From assembly GCA_963715505.1 (NCBI GenBank), contig OY970242.1, positions 1,551,810 through 1,615,809 of the forward strand: DNA of 64,000 nt, given 5' to 3'. Source of the stretch: an uncultured Microthrixaceae bacterium. GTDB lineage: Bacteria; Actinomycetota; Acidimicrobiia; Acidimicrobiales; VFJN01. The stretch's first letter is position 1. Each line of letters begins with the position of its first letter. Below, piece by piece: positions 1 through 9,383 of the stretch. Made by a program: the position numbers and the translations under genes. The notes under the pieces are model-generated. The model saw nothing but the letters and a program-made list of their open reading frames with translations. It ran no database searches and was not told the DNA's origin.

Positions 1-314
1 CCTGGTGGATGGGCGAGCACGATGAGGTCCGAGAACGTGCCAGCGTCGACAAGGCGCGACGCGAGGCCCTGGTTGCAGTACCCGCTCACGTTCGCACGCT
101 GGTCGCCCCAGCCCTCTGCTACACCAGGCTGGGAATGGTCGGTGAAGTAGCCGGTCCGGTTCATCGCGATCAAAGGCGCGCGGATCAGCTCGGTCTCCTG
201 ATCGGGTAGGTCGTAGCCGCTCGGGTGCCCCTCGACGCGTCCCTCAAGCCACTGCGCGGTTAGCTCAGCCAGCTCCTCGATCGTCTTGGCGTCGCTCCAC
301 GGATCGTCGCTCAT
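1..314 (-). CDS. Hypothetical protein, DUF6919-like (partial, runs off left edge)
   Basis: Hand translation, not in ORF track: MSDDPWSDAKTIEELAELTAQWLEGRVEGHPSGYDLPDQETELIRAPLIAMNRTGYFTDHSQPG...QRANVSGY; family assignment from memory of the WLEG/SQPG/QRA motifs. Confidence 0.6.
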   Translation of the reverse strand, partial: MSDDPWSDAKTIEELAELTAQWLEGRVEGHPSGYDLPDQETELIRAPLIAMNRTGYFTDHSQPGVAEGWGDQRANVSGYCNQGLASRLVDAGTFSDLIVLAHPP

Positions 315-351
315 CAAGCGTTGCCTCCAACTTCTCGGCTGCTCGTCGCGT

Positions 352-867
352 CTAGGGCGCGTAGTGCCAGAACTGCACCTCGGCCACGATGTCCGTCAGA
401 GTGCTGACCCCCTGATCTGAGGGCAGGATGAACGCCGGCTGTTCGCATCCGTCCCCGTCGATGAGACCTTCGCGTCCGCGCTGAGCCGGCACTTCAGTGA
501 GTGGCGTGCCGTCCTTGAAGTTGTAGTGGACCTTGTGCACCTCGATCGCGCCACCGATCGACCTCCAGCGCATGGTCCACATGCGCTGGCCACAGCCGTT
601 CATGGTCACGGGGAAGTCGCTCCAAGTGCTGGGCTGACCATCGAAGATGCGGGTCCTCAGACGCCATGGCATGCCGTCCTTCATGTAGCCCTCGACGATC
701 TCCGGCATGGGTGGCGCCGACGCACCAATGTGGTCCGGCTTGAGCCTCAGCTGGCGCTCTAATCGGCGCTGGCGTCGGTCGGTCCAGATTTGACCAGCAA
801 GCGCGAGCAGGCCAAGCGTGCCGCCGATCGTTCCGACGAGCTGCGACGCGTCGTCGGCGGAGATCAT
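352..867 (-). CDS. Hypothetical protein with N-terminal membrane anchor
   Basis: 171 aa, hydrophobic N-terminus (LVGTIGGTLGLLALAGQIW); ATGA overlap with upstream ORF. Confidence 0.65.
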   Translation of the reverse strand: MISADDASQLVGTIGGTLGLLALAGQIWTDRRQRRLERQLRLKPDHIGASAPPMPEIVEGYMKDGMPWRLRTRIFDGQPSTWSDFPVTMNGCGQRMWTMRWRSIGGAIEVHKVHYNFKDGTPLTEVPAQRGREGLIDGDGCEQPAFILPSDQGVSTLTDIVAEVQFWHYAP

Positions 868-1043
868 CCGATCAGCTCAGCTTGCGATCGCGGGGCTGCG
901 GCGACCAGGCGTGCGACCTTGGCGAGCACCGCCGGGTCCTGGATCTCCATCATCAGGCCCTGCTCGGCGAGTTCACGCTCGAGGCGAGCATCGCTCTTCT
1001 CGACCATCTCCGGCGTGAGGCCCTGGAAGCCTTCGGCGGCCAT
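864..1043 (-). CDS. Small hypothetical protein (59 aa)
   Basis: MAAEGFQGLTPEMVEKSDARLERELAEQGLMMEIQDPAVLAKVARLV...; translationally coupled at both ends (TGATG and ATGA overlaps). Confidence 0.55.
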   Translation of the reverse strand: MAAEGFQGLTPEMVEKSDARLERELAEQGLMMEIQDPAVLAKVARLVAAAPRSQAELIG

Positions 1044-1474
1044 CAGAGGCGACCGTGCTGGGCCAGGCGAGCGTCGTGCTCGGCGACGGTCAGGACCTCC
1101 AGGACCACCGCCTCGACGTTGCCGATGCCAGCGCGCCGGGCTGCCGCGCGAACGATCCGGTCGGCCGCCCGGGCTGCTGCGACCGCAGTCGCGGCGTCGT
1201 CGATCGTGAGGGTGCTCCCGAGGTTGCGTCCGAGCCCCGAGACGGTTCCTCCCTGCGGGGTGAGTTCGTCAGCGGAGGCGGCCGAGCGCGCCGGCGTCGA
1301 CGTCGCCACTCGCGTTGAGCTCGAGATGGACGGTCCACTCCGTGCGCCGCGCTCGACGGCGAACAGGATCGCCGTGTCCTGCTGTGCTTCGGCATCCTGA
1401 ACCTTCTCTGCGGCGTGGCGGGCCAGCTTGATCGCCCGTTCCTTGTCGCCTGGCTGGGAGTCTCTCGAGGCCAC
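1043..1474 (-). CDS. Hypothetical protein, possibly a chimeric or frameshifted remnant
   Basis: C-terminal part of the 1043..1681 ORF looks coding; an alternative frame (TEWTVHLELNASGDVDAGALGRL) joins it near 1272. Confidence 0.4.
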   Translation of the reverse strand: MASRDSQPGDKERAIKLARHAAEKVQDAEAQQDTAILFAVERGARSGPSISSSTRVATSTPARSAASADELTPQGGTVSGLGRNLGSTLTIDDAATAVAAARAADRIVRAAARRAGIGNVEAVVLEVLTVAEHDARLAQHGRL

Positions 1475-1671
1475 TAGCTGAGCCGTCCGGTGGCCCGGGC
1501 CCATGCCTCCATGTCGCGGCGGCGCCACAACACGCAGCGGCTCTTCTCGATGACGGGTGCGGGGAAGTCGGGGTAGCGGCCTCGATACGCGCTCACCGCG
1601 GTGCGGTGGGAGAGGCCGAGCAGGTGGGCGACTTCGCTGGCGTCGAGGAGGTCCTCGGTGTCGACCTTCAT
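1474..1671 (-). CDS. AlpA/excisionase-like HTH DNA-binding protein
   Basis: MKVDTEDLLDASEVAHLLGLSHRTAVSAYRGRYPDFPAPV...LWRRRDMEAW; the FPAP and W-x5-W pattern is typical of the AlpA family. Confidence 0.75.
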   Translation of the reverse strand: MKVDTEDLLDASEVAHLLGLSHRTAVSAYRGRYPDFPAPVIEKSRCVLWRRRDMEAWARATGRLS

Positions 1672-1686
1672 GTCCACGCACTCTAG

Positions 1687-1741
1687 TAGTTGACCTGCGA
1701 CAACCACCCCCTCTACGGTGCTAGTTGACCTACGCCAACCA
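1687..1741. promoter_or_regulatory. Two tandem operator-like palindromes in a divergent promoter
   Basis: TAGTTGACCTGCGACAACCA (1687-1706) and TAGTTGACCTACGCCAACCA (1722-1741), each GTTG-N8-CAAC. Confidence 0.65.
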
Positions 1742-1761
1742 GAGCCACTAGGAGGAACCTC

Positions 1762-1875
1762 ATGCCAGCCACCGCACCACCGTGGGCGATCGTGCCGCCC
1801 GACCCCATCGATCCCAGCGACGGTCCGGTCGCCGACTACACGGCACCCCGCGACCACGAGGGCAGTGAGCGATGA
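1762..1875 (+). CDS. Small Pro-rich hypothetical protein (37 aa)
   Basis: Strong GGAGGA RBS at 1751-1756, ATG 1762, stop overlaps next ATG (ATGA). Confidence 0.5.
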   Translation: MPATAPPWAIVPPDPIDPSDGPVADYTAPRDHEGSER

Positions 1876-2189
1876 GCGCCATCGTCGACGATTCAGATCC
1901 GGTCGAGCAGGGCTGGACCGTCCTTCACGGCGCCAACGTGGAGGATCTCGTCAGCGGGGTCGCGCATCTCGACAGGCTCGCCCGGGCCCTGCGCACCGCC
2001 GTCCATCACGGCTACGTGGCCAACGCCGAGCTGATCCCCACGCCCGAGGTGTCGCTGGCTGATGCCCGCATGGTCGCCCGCCTCGTGGAGCACACCGAAA
2101 CGTGGGTCAACTTCGTGGCGCAGGACCTCGACGTGATCCGGTCGAAGGTGGCCGAGCTGCTGCGACTGGCCGAGGAGGCGAATCGATGA
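1872..2189 (+). CDS. Hypothetical protein
   Basis: 105-aa ORF, coupled by ATGA overlaps on both sides. Confidence 0.65.
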   Translation: MSAIVDDSDPVEQGWTVLHGANVEDLVSGVAHLDRLARALRTAVHHGYVANAELIPTPEVSLADARMVARLVEHTETWVNFVAQDLDVIRSKVAELLRLAEEANR

Positions 2190-2719
2190 CCACGGAACCG
2201 TCGCTCACGCTCGAGGACATTGCCCAGCTCGACGAAGGCATCCAGTGGCAGCATCTCGATGCTGAGGAGGTGGAAGGCCACCTGGCCTACATCGCTCGTC
2301 GGGTGCTCGCCCTCGAGCAGCGGCTGGCGACCGAGGTGCGTACTCGCCGGGTGGTCGTCGTCGACGAGGCCGGGTTCGAGCGGGTCGTGATCGACACGCT
2401 GTCCACATCGGGCTGGGTGACCGTGCACGGGAACCCCGGCGGCGAGCAGGGCGACGAGCGGTACGTACGGCTTCTCGTCGACGATGAGGGCGGCGCAGGG
2501 CCCACGGCGATCGCTGGTGTCTACGTCGTGACCAGCGGCGAAGAGGTGGTCGCGCTCGATGCGATGGACGACGCTGAGGGGGCGGCGGTCCCCCATCTCG
2601 CGCTCGCTGCGATCCATCGCACCGACGGTGAGCAGCACGTAACCCGGGTGGCCAGTCTCGACGTCGATTCTCTGCGTCTCGGGGGCGGGACGGTGGTCGG
2701 CTGGTCGGATCGCTGCTGA
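2186..2719 (+). CDS. Hypothetical protein
   Basis: MTTEPSLTLED... start after GGAGG; coding-like composition. Confidence 0.65.
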   Translation: MTTEPSLTLEDIAQLDEGIQWQHLDAEEVEGHLAYIARRVLALEQRLATEVRTRRVVVVDEAGFERVVIDTLSTSGWVTVHGNPGGEQGDERYVRLLVDDEGGAGPTAIAGVYVVTSGEEVVALDAMDDAEGAAVPHLALAAIHRTDGEQHVTRVASLDVDSLRLGGGTVVGWSDRC

Positions 2720-2742
2720 GTTCGCTGACAGCACGCCCTCGG

Positions 2743-3276
2743 TTGCATGGCGAGCGCGCCTGCTACCTGTACGGTCCCGACGAGGGGTGTGATCTCTCCT
2801 GGGGCTGCAGGTGCATCCCGTGCCAGGCAGCGAACGCCGCCTACGGACGTCGCCGGCGCAGACGCGCGCGGGGCTTGCCGGCGGAGCCGACGTCGCCAGC
2901 GTTCGTCGATACTGCAGCGGTGAGAGCGCACCTGCGTGCACTCGAGCTTGGGTCCCGTCAGCTGGCAACGCTGACCGGTGTGTCGCGCGAGACGATCCGG
3001 CATCTTCGCGACGGTCGGAGTCAGCGTTGCACCGTCGAGGTTGGCGGAGCGGTTGCTCGACGTATCCGCTTCCCACCTCGAGCACCGGTCTGCGGTGGCC
3101 GCTAGCTGCGCTGAGGCCGCGGGCCAGCCTGCCCTCGCGGGGCCCTGGCTCGTACGTGCGGTGTCGATTTTCGGCAGGTGTACAGGTGGCGCGAGTACGG
3201 CCTCACGGACGAGTCGGCCGACAAGGCTGCGGTCGCACTCGGGTCGCATCCGGCGATCGTCTGGCAGGATTGGTGA
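2743..3276 (+). pseudogene. Frameshifted phage-type Cys-motif/HTH DNA-binding protein
   Basis: HG..Y..GCRC..C motif and HTH (SRQLATLTGVSRETIRHLRDG); coding sense then moves between frames (AERLLDV; LRWPLAAL) and returns as RQVYRWREYGLTDESADKAAVALGSHPAIVWQDW*. Confidence 0.55.
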
Positions 3277-3294
3277 CGCCGACCATGGAGACCC

Positions 3295-3498
3295 TTGATG
3301 CCCTACCGTGAGCTCGACATCGTGAAGCCCGGCGAGGAGATGCCCCCGCCCGTCACGGCCCGGGGTCTACTGATCGACCTGCGGCGTGAGAATGCGCCGC
3401 GCCCCGACCAGGAGCGCGCCGTGGCCGCATGGCTCGGTTGCAACCAGCCTGGTGAGCGCTTGACGGCGAGCTTGCGCCACAACGGCTTTCTGCCGTAG
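3295..3498 (+). CDS. Small hypothetical protein
   Basis: 67-aa ORF preceded by GGAG. Confidence 0.5.
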   Translation: MMPYRELDIVKPGEEMPPPVTARGLLIDLRRENAPRPDQERAVAAWLGCNQPGERLTASLRHNGFLP

Positions 3499-3539
3499 CT
3501 GGGCTTCCTCACGCCGCACCCGCGACGCCTGGGCTCAAG

Positions 3540-4811
3540 ATGGGGACCAGGGATGCCGATGGTTCAACGATGGTCGCGGTGCCGACATGGATGTCCGCGC
3601 TCCGGGAGCGGACCGAGGGCAGGACCGTATCGGCATCCTCGGGCGCCGACGCCGGATTCGCGTGGATCGTCATCGCCGGCGCCGTAGGGCTCGCCTGGAT
3701 CGCCACGTACGTCGGGGGCGGGTCCAAGACCGCACTACCCCACGCGTTCTACGTCCCGCTCATCATCGGCTCGATCCGGTTCGGCGCCCGAGGCGCACTG
3801 GTAGTCGCCGTCGCGGCAGGACTCGCAGCGGGCCCGATCATGCCCCTCGACGTCGCCGCGCAGACTCCGCAGCTGCCGGCCAACTGGCTCACGCGACTCG
3901 GCATCTTCGTCGTGCTCGGCCAGCTGACCGCGTACCTGTCGCGCCACTCCTTGCCCTCCCTCACCGAGGACATCACCACCCGCCGGTTCCGCGACGAGAT
4001 GCGCCGCGCCACGGCCAGCGGGCAGCTGCACGTCGACTACCAGCCTCTGGTCGACCTCCGGACAGGCGACCTGGTCGGCGTCGAGGCACTCGTCCGCTGG
4101 AACCACCCGGTCCGCGGCGTGATCCCTCCAGACGAGTTCATCCCGCAGGCGGAACGCACTGGCTGCATCGGCTACGTGACGCGCTTCGTAATCGGCGAAG
4201 CCTGCCGCCAGGTGGCCACATGGCGCGAGACCGTCCTGGCCGGCGATGAGCCGTTCCTCGTGGCGGTCAACGTGTCGGCAGCGGACCTCCACGACGACGA
4301 CCTGCCCGGTTACATCGGCGAGGTCCTGGCAGCGACCGGGGTGCCGAACCAGTGGCTTCACCTCGAGATCACCGAGACGTCGCTCGTCCTCGACATCGAC
4401 ACTGCCGTCAACGGGCTCATGGCCCTGCGCCTGCTCGGCATTCGGCTCGCCGTCGACGACTTCGGCACCGGCGAATCGTCGCTCGGGCACCTCCACCTCT
4501 TCCCCATCGACGTGTTGAAGCTCGACCGGGTCTTCATCGACCAGCTTGAGCATCACGTACGCGGCGAGGTGCTGGTCCGCGGCGTCGTCGCCCTCGCACG
4601 AGCCATGAACCTCACGGTCGTCGCAGAGGGCCTAGAGACTCCGACCCAGGCGGAGATCGTCGCCCGCCTCGGATGCCACCTCGGGCAGGGCTACCTGTTC
4701 TCCAAGCCGCTGCGCCCCGAAGGCGTCCAGGCCATCATCGAGGACGCCGCACGCTTCAAGTCGACCAACGCTGGACGCCTCACTCCAGGTGCGGGATCTC
4801 GACGCGCGTGA
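3540..4811 (+). CDS. Membrane-anchored EAL-domain c-di-GMP phosphodiesterase
   Basis: About 4 TM helices, then YQPLV, EALVRW, VNVS, LEITE, DDFGTG, KLDR, EGLE and QGY motifs. Confidence 0.9.
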   Translation: MGTRDADGSTMVAVPTWMSALRERTEGRTVSASSGADAGFAWIVIAGAVGLAWIATYVGGGSKTALPHAFYVPLIIGSIRFGARGALVVAVAAGLAAGPIMPLDVAAQTPQLPANWLTRLGIFVVLGQLTAYLSRHSLPSLTEDITTRRFRDEMRRATASGQLHVDYQPLVDLRTGDLVGVEALVRWNHPVRGVIPPDEFIPQAERTGCIGYVTRFVIGEACRQVATWRETVLAGDEPFLVAVNVSAADLHDDDLPGYIGEVLAATGVPNQWLHLEITETSLVLDIDTAVNGLMALRLLGIRLAVDDFGTGESSLGHLHLFPIDVLKLDRVFIDQLEHHVRGEVLVRGVVALARAMNLTVVAEGLETPTQAEIVARLGCHLGQGYLFSKPLRPEGVQAIIEDAARFKSTNAGRLTPGAGSRRA

Positions 4812-4820
4812 CGGCGGCCA

Positions 4821-7800
4821 TCAGTGCGCTCCTGCGATCTCGGCGTCGGTGTTCATGTCTCGGATCACGACCTTGACGCGGTCGTCGACGATGCGCTTGC
4901 CGTCGAGGTACACGTCGGCACGGATCTGCAGGGCGGGCTGCCGGAGGCGCTGCACCGCGGCCGCCATCGCGGCCGTGTCGGGCACCGCAGCGCTCGCGTT
5001 GAGCCGCACGGGCGTGCCGGCGTCCGGAAGCTGCACGACGCCCCCCATCGCGTCCCGGGCCGCCTGGGCGGCCTCACGGATCGCGGGAACGGCGGACGTG
5101 ATGCCGGCGGCGATCGCGTCACCATACGACCGGCCCTGGTCGGCACCCACGAGCGCGAGCTCACCCGTGAGGCGGGCCTGTTCGGCGAGGAACTCCTCGT
5201 TGAGTGCCTCGACCTCCGCCGCGAAGGCGGACCGCATGTCGACCAGCATGCCCCCCAGCGCCGTGTAGGACTGCTGCGCCTCGGCGCGCGCCTGGGCGCC
5301 CGCCTGCTCGTTGCGTGCCGCGACCGCCTCGTTGAGCGCCGCGATCTCCTCATCCGTCGCCGCAGCGAACATGCGCAGCTGCCCGAGCGCCTGCGGGCTC
5401 TCGTCGAGGCCGAGCGCTTCGATCACGCCCTGCGACACGCCACGGGCCCGGGCGGCCGCCAGCTGGTCCTGCCAGTCGGTGAACACCTGGGCCTGATCGG
5501 CGATGTTGCTCGTGAGGGCCCCGACGGTGTTGCCCCACGAGATGACGGCCCGCTCCTCGACCCCGATCCACGCCTGCAGGGCACGGGCGCGGCCGGCGAT
5601 GGCGTCGCGCCGGTCCCGCTCGAGGTCCGCCTCCATGGCACGCAGGCGGGCGTGATGCTCCGTGGTGGCCTGTTCCATGCGGGCATGGATGTCGGCCTCG
5701 GCGTCGAGCAGGTCGTTGAGCGCCTCGACGGCGTCATCGACTGCCCTTCGCTCCGCCTCCGCCCGCTCCTCAGTGAGGCGCTTCTGCTCCTCGAGGAGGC
5801 GTTCGCGTTCGTTGTGCAGGCCCATCCAGGCGTCGGAGTACTTGACCTCGCGGGCCATGCGGCGGTCGAGGTTGAAGAGGTGGTCCTCGAGGCTGATCTT
5901 GCCGAGCTCGAAGAGGTTGTCGTTGATCTCGCGGCGGTGCCGGTAGTCGTCCTCGGCGTCGCGGGCGGCCTCCTCTTGGATCCGGGCCCGGTCGGCTTCG
6001 GCGTCCTCCTCGAAGCGCAGCAGCTGCTGGTAGGCGTCGACCCACTCGGCCGAGTACTGCCGGAACTGCGTGAGCCGCACCTGGAGGTGTCGACGGAAGT
6101 CCGTGTCGCTGATGGCGCCGACCTGGTGCATGACCTGCGTGAGCTCGAACCCTGACGGGACCTCACCGTGGGTGCCGCCGGCGAACCGCCCGACGCCACC
6201 GTTCGCCATGGGGACGACTCGGGCGCCGTACCAGCTGGCCGCGGTGGCGAGGATGCTCATGGAGCGGGTCGGGTCGCCACGGCGTGGGATGAAGGCCTCG
6301 CCGCCGGTCTCCGGTTCGGCGTAGCGGATCAGGTCGCCTCGAGCGATGTGGGCGGGCGTCACACCGCCACGCGCGTACTCGTAGATGTCGCCCCAACGGG
6401 ATTCCCCCACGAGGGCCCGGAGGTCCGCCTCCGAGCTGATCGGGATCCGCACGTGCGGGACCGAGCGCTGCAGCTCGGCGAACTTCGAGATCAGCGCGTC
6501 GATGGCTGCCGTGGCCTGCACGGTGTTCGCGTTGACGGCGGTGTCGACCCGGTTCGGGATCTCATCGAGCAGCCCCAGGTAGTGGTCGACCACGGGTGCC
6601 GGCACGCCAGCTGCTTCGGCCTGATCTCGGAACGACTGCGAGAGGTAGTCGATCCGCGCCTGCAGCTCCTGGCCCCTCACGCCCTGACGGATCCACTCGT
6701 CGATGACGCCCTTGGCGCCTGCGGTCATGCCGCGCATGTGCTCCCGCAGGATGAGGGCACCGTCGGATTGGTCGCCCATCACGTCGCGGAGGTTGAGGCC
6801 GTTCTCGATCGCGCGAGTCATCACGTCGTCGAGTTCGTTGAAGCCCCGCAGCAGCTTGTCGCGGGCCTCCTCGAAGCCGAAGTACTTCTCGAAGAGCTCG
6901 TCCAGCTCAGAGATCAGGTCGTCGATCGCCTGCTCCTGCTGTTCGATCGCCTCGGTCGCGGAGGAGATCTGCGGCACCGACTCGCGCATCGCTCCGCTCG
7001 TGCCCTCGACTTCCGGGATCAGGTACTGCAGAGCGGCAGCCCAGTTGATGGTGCCGTCCTCGAGCGTGGCCATCTCGACGGCGGCATCCACGGCGGACTG
7101 CGTCAGGTCACCGTTGGTGACCGCCAGCTCGATGGTGCGCTGCGCAGCCCCCTGTGCTTCGTCGTCCCAGTCCTCGATCTCCTCGATCAGGCCCTTGAGT
7201 GCCGTCCGGCTGATGCCCATGGCCTCGGCGACACGATCGACCGCGCGAGCAGAGGCGCCCTTGTCGTCGAGCTTCCCGATGTCGAAGCCCTCGAGGTCGA
7301 GGCCCAGCGCTTGAATCTGCGCGCGGAACGGGTCGAGCGCGTCTCCGCCCGCCACGATCGTGTCCTCGATGTCGGCCAGGCTCACACCGAAGGCGTTGAG
7401 ACCCTCAACCTGCTCTGACGACAGCCCCTCGACGCCCAGGCGCAGGAACTCCGCAAGGGCATCGTTCAGGCTCGTCTGTCCGTCGAGCACGGGACTGAGC
7501 GACCTGGCGAGCTCCCGGACCTGTGCCTCGTACTCACGACTCGCGCGCGTCGCCCGCTCGTACGCGAGCGCGCTGACGGCGATAGCTGCTCCGGCGCCCG
7601 CCAGCCACGGCATCGCCGTCGCCGCGACACGACCGGCAGCGCCCATCTCTCGCAGTGAGGTCCGCAGATCACGGATCTTCGGCAGCAGGACACCCGTGGT
7701 TCCCACGATGCCCGTCAGGGTCGCCGAGATCCCCGCCACACCGGTGCCTGCGACCTTGAGCACAGAGGGCATCTCGGAGAACCCGCGAATGAGATTCGAT

Positions 7801-8945
7801 GCTCCGTCCGCGGCCTTCGCGACAGCAGGCAGGAGCACGCCGCCGATGTCGACGCCCAGGTCAACCACCTGGTTGCGGGCCACCTCGAGCTTGGCAGCGG
7901 TCGTCTCGTAGCGCTTCTCCGCCTCCGTCATCAGGGCGGTGTTCTCGTCCCATGCCCCGTTCGCGAGGAGCACCTGGTGCCGGACGTAGTCGGACGCTTC
8001 ACCGGTCGCCAGGAGCGCGCGCATGAGCCGCTGGTCCGCGAGGCCGAGGTCATCGAAGATCGCGGTCGTCGACTGCCCGGCGGCGCTGACGTCGCCCAGG
8101 CCCTCGACGAACGACACGATCGCCTCTGCCGCGTCCTCGCGGAACAGCGCGGAGAACTCGCTGATCGACATGCCCGCTGTCTGTGCGAAGACCTGGAGCT
8201 TGTCGGAGCCGTCCAGCACGGCGTCGCGGATCGAGGTGAAGACCTTGGAGAACGCGGTGCCGCCTGCCTCGGCCTCGACGCCGACCGCCGCCAACGACTC
8301 AGCGAACGCGAACACGTCCGCCTCCGACAGTCCGGCGATGGTGCCGGCGGCGGCGAGGCGTTGCGCCATCTCGGCGATCTCGGCCTCAGTGGAAGCGCCC
8401 GCGTTGCCGAGCGCCACGATCGTCGAGCCCATCCGGTCGAAGTCGGACTGGCTCGTGCCCATCACGTTCGCGATGCGAGCGAACGACGTGGCGGCCTGGT
8501 CGGCCGTGAGGTTTGTCGTCTCTCCCAGGTCGATCATCGTCCGAGTGAACGACCCGATCGACGCGGTCTCGACCCCCAGGGCGCCGGCCGCTTCCGCTAC
8601 TGCGGCGATCTCGCCGTGTGTCGCCGGCAGTTGAGTGGTCATCTCGCGCAGTTCGCCCTGGAGAGCCGACATCTGCTCCGCTGACCCGTCGACCGTCTTC
8701 GCCACTCCGGCCCAGGCGGACTCCCAGTCAATCGCCGCCTTGGCCGACGCGCCGAGGCCGACAGCAAGCGTGCCGGACATGACAAGTGCGGATCTGCCGA
8801 CACGCTCGATGTCGCGCGTCGACGCTGAGCCCATGCCGGAGACCTGTCGCCCGAAGTCCCGGACCGACGCGGCGGCAGCCCCCATGCCAGCAGTGAAACT
8901 GCCGACGTCCGCCTTCAGCTTGACCTCGATAGTGCGGAACGACAT
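4821..8945 (-). CDS. Phage tail tape measure protein (TP901-like core), 1374 aa
   Basis: N-term MSFRTIEVKLKADV; AAIDWESAWAGVAKTV, LGNAGASTEAEI and EAGGTAFS core; YAEPETGGEAFIP motif; long helical Ala/Glu-rich body; VYLDGK C-terminus. Confidence 0.9.
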   Translation of the reverse strand: MSFRTIEVKLKADVGSFTAGMGAAAASVRDFGRQVSGMGSASTRDIERVGRSALVMSGTLAVGLGASAKAAIDWESAWAGVAKTVDGSAEQMSALQGELREMTTQLPATHGEIAAVAEAAGALGVETASIGSFTRTMIDLGETTNLTADQAATSFARIANVMGTSQSDFDRMGSTIVALGNAGASTEAEIAEMAQRLAAAGTIAGLSEADVFAFAESLAAVGVEAEAGGTAFSKVFTSIRDAVLDGSDKLQVFAQTAGMSISEFSALFREDAAEAIVSFVEGLGDVSAAGQSTTAIFDDLGLADQRLMRALLATGEASDYVRHQVLLANGAWDENTALMTEAEKRYETTAAKLEVARNQVVDLGVDIGGVLLPAVAKAADGASNLIRGFSEMPSVLKVAGTGVAGISATLTGIVGTTGVLLPKIRDLRTSLREMGAAGRVAATAMPWLAGAGAAIAVSALAYERATRASREYEAQVRELARSLSPVLDGQTSLNDALAEFLRLGVEGLSSEQVEGLNAFGVSLADIEDTIVAGGDALDPFRAQIQALGLDLEGFDIGKLDDKGASARAVDRVAEAMGISRTALKGLIEEIEDWDDEAQGAAQRTIELAVTNGDLTQSAVDAAVEMATLEDGTINWAAALQYLIPEVEGTSGAMRESVPQISSATEAIEQQEQAIDDLISELDELFEKYFGFEEARDKLLRGFNELDDVMTRAIENGLNLRDVMGDQSDGALILREHMRGMTAGAKGVIDEWIRQGVRGQELQARIDYLSQSFRDQAEAAGVPAPVVDHYLGLLDEIPNRVDTAVNANTVQATAAIDALISKFAELQRSVPHVRIPISSEADLRALVGESRWGDIYEYARGGVTPAHIARGDLIRYAEPETGGEAFIPRRGDPTRSMSILATAASWYGARVVPMANGGVGRFAGGTHGEVPSGFELTQVMHQVGAISDTDFRRHLQVRLTQFRQYSAEWVDAYQQLLRFEEDAEADRARIQEEAARDAEDDYRHRREINDNLFELGKISLEDHLFNLDRRMAREVKYSDAWMGLHNERERLLEEQKRLTEERAEAERRAVDDAVEALNDLLDAEADIHARMEQATTEHHARLRAMEADLERDRRDAIAGRARALQAWIGVEERAVISWGNTVGALTSNIADQAQVFTDWQDQLAAARARGVSQGVIEALGLDESPQALGQLRMFAAATDEEIAALNEAVAARNEQAGAQARAEAQQSYTALGGMLVDMRSAFAAEVEALNEEFLAEQARLTGELALVGADQGRSYGDAIAAGITSAVPAIREAAQAARDAMGGVVQLPDAGTPVRLNASAAVPDTAAMAAAVQRLRQPALQIRADVYLDGKRIVDDRVKVVIRDMNTDAEIAGAH

Positions 8946-8950
8946 GGCGC

Positions 8951-9238
8951 TCAGCTCACGGACCCTGGAGGTTGGTCGACGTACCGAAAGCCGCCTGGGA
9001 GAGTCCCGCCGTTCCGCTTCAGCCACGCCTCGACGTAACGAGTGCCGACGCGATCAGCGATCGCCACCTGCTCCTCGGTGAGGCCCAGCTCGTCGGCGTG
9101 GACGACCGCCTGCATTGCTCCAACCATCTCCAGGGCGATCTGGCTGAGGCCCGCTTTGACGAGCAGGTTCGCCGCACCAGGGAGCGCGCCGGAGCTCGAA
9201 GCGCGCTCCCCGCTCGACCGGCGCTGCTGCCGGTTCAC
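8951..9238 (-). CDS. Hypothetical protein immediately upstream of tape measure gene
   Basis: Coding-like C-terminal part of the 151-aa ORF; probable GTG start (VNRQQRR...). Confidence 0.55.
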   Translation of the reverse strand: MNRQQRRSSGERASSSGALPGAANLLVKAGLSQIALEMVGAMQAVVHADELGLTEEQVAIADRVGTRYVEAWLKRNGGTLPGGFRYVDQPPGSVS

Positions 9239-9383
9239 TCCGCGGCCTGCTCTCCGGCCGCCGCGATGCACGGCCGATCTACGCCGACCGGGGCGAACTG
9301 CGGGCGAGACGCGCCAGCGGTGGGCCTGAGCAGCCACCGGAGTCGCTGCCCCGCCCGCCCTCGACGGCACGCGTGGTACATCG

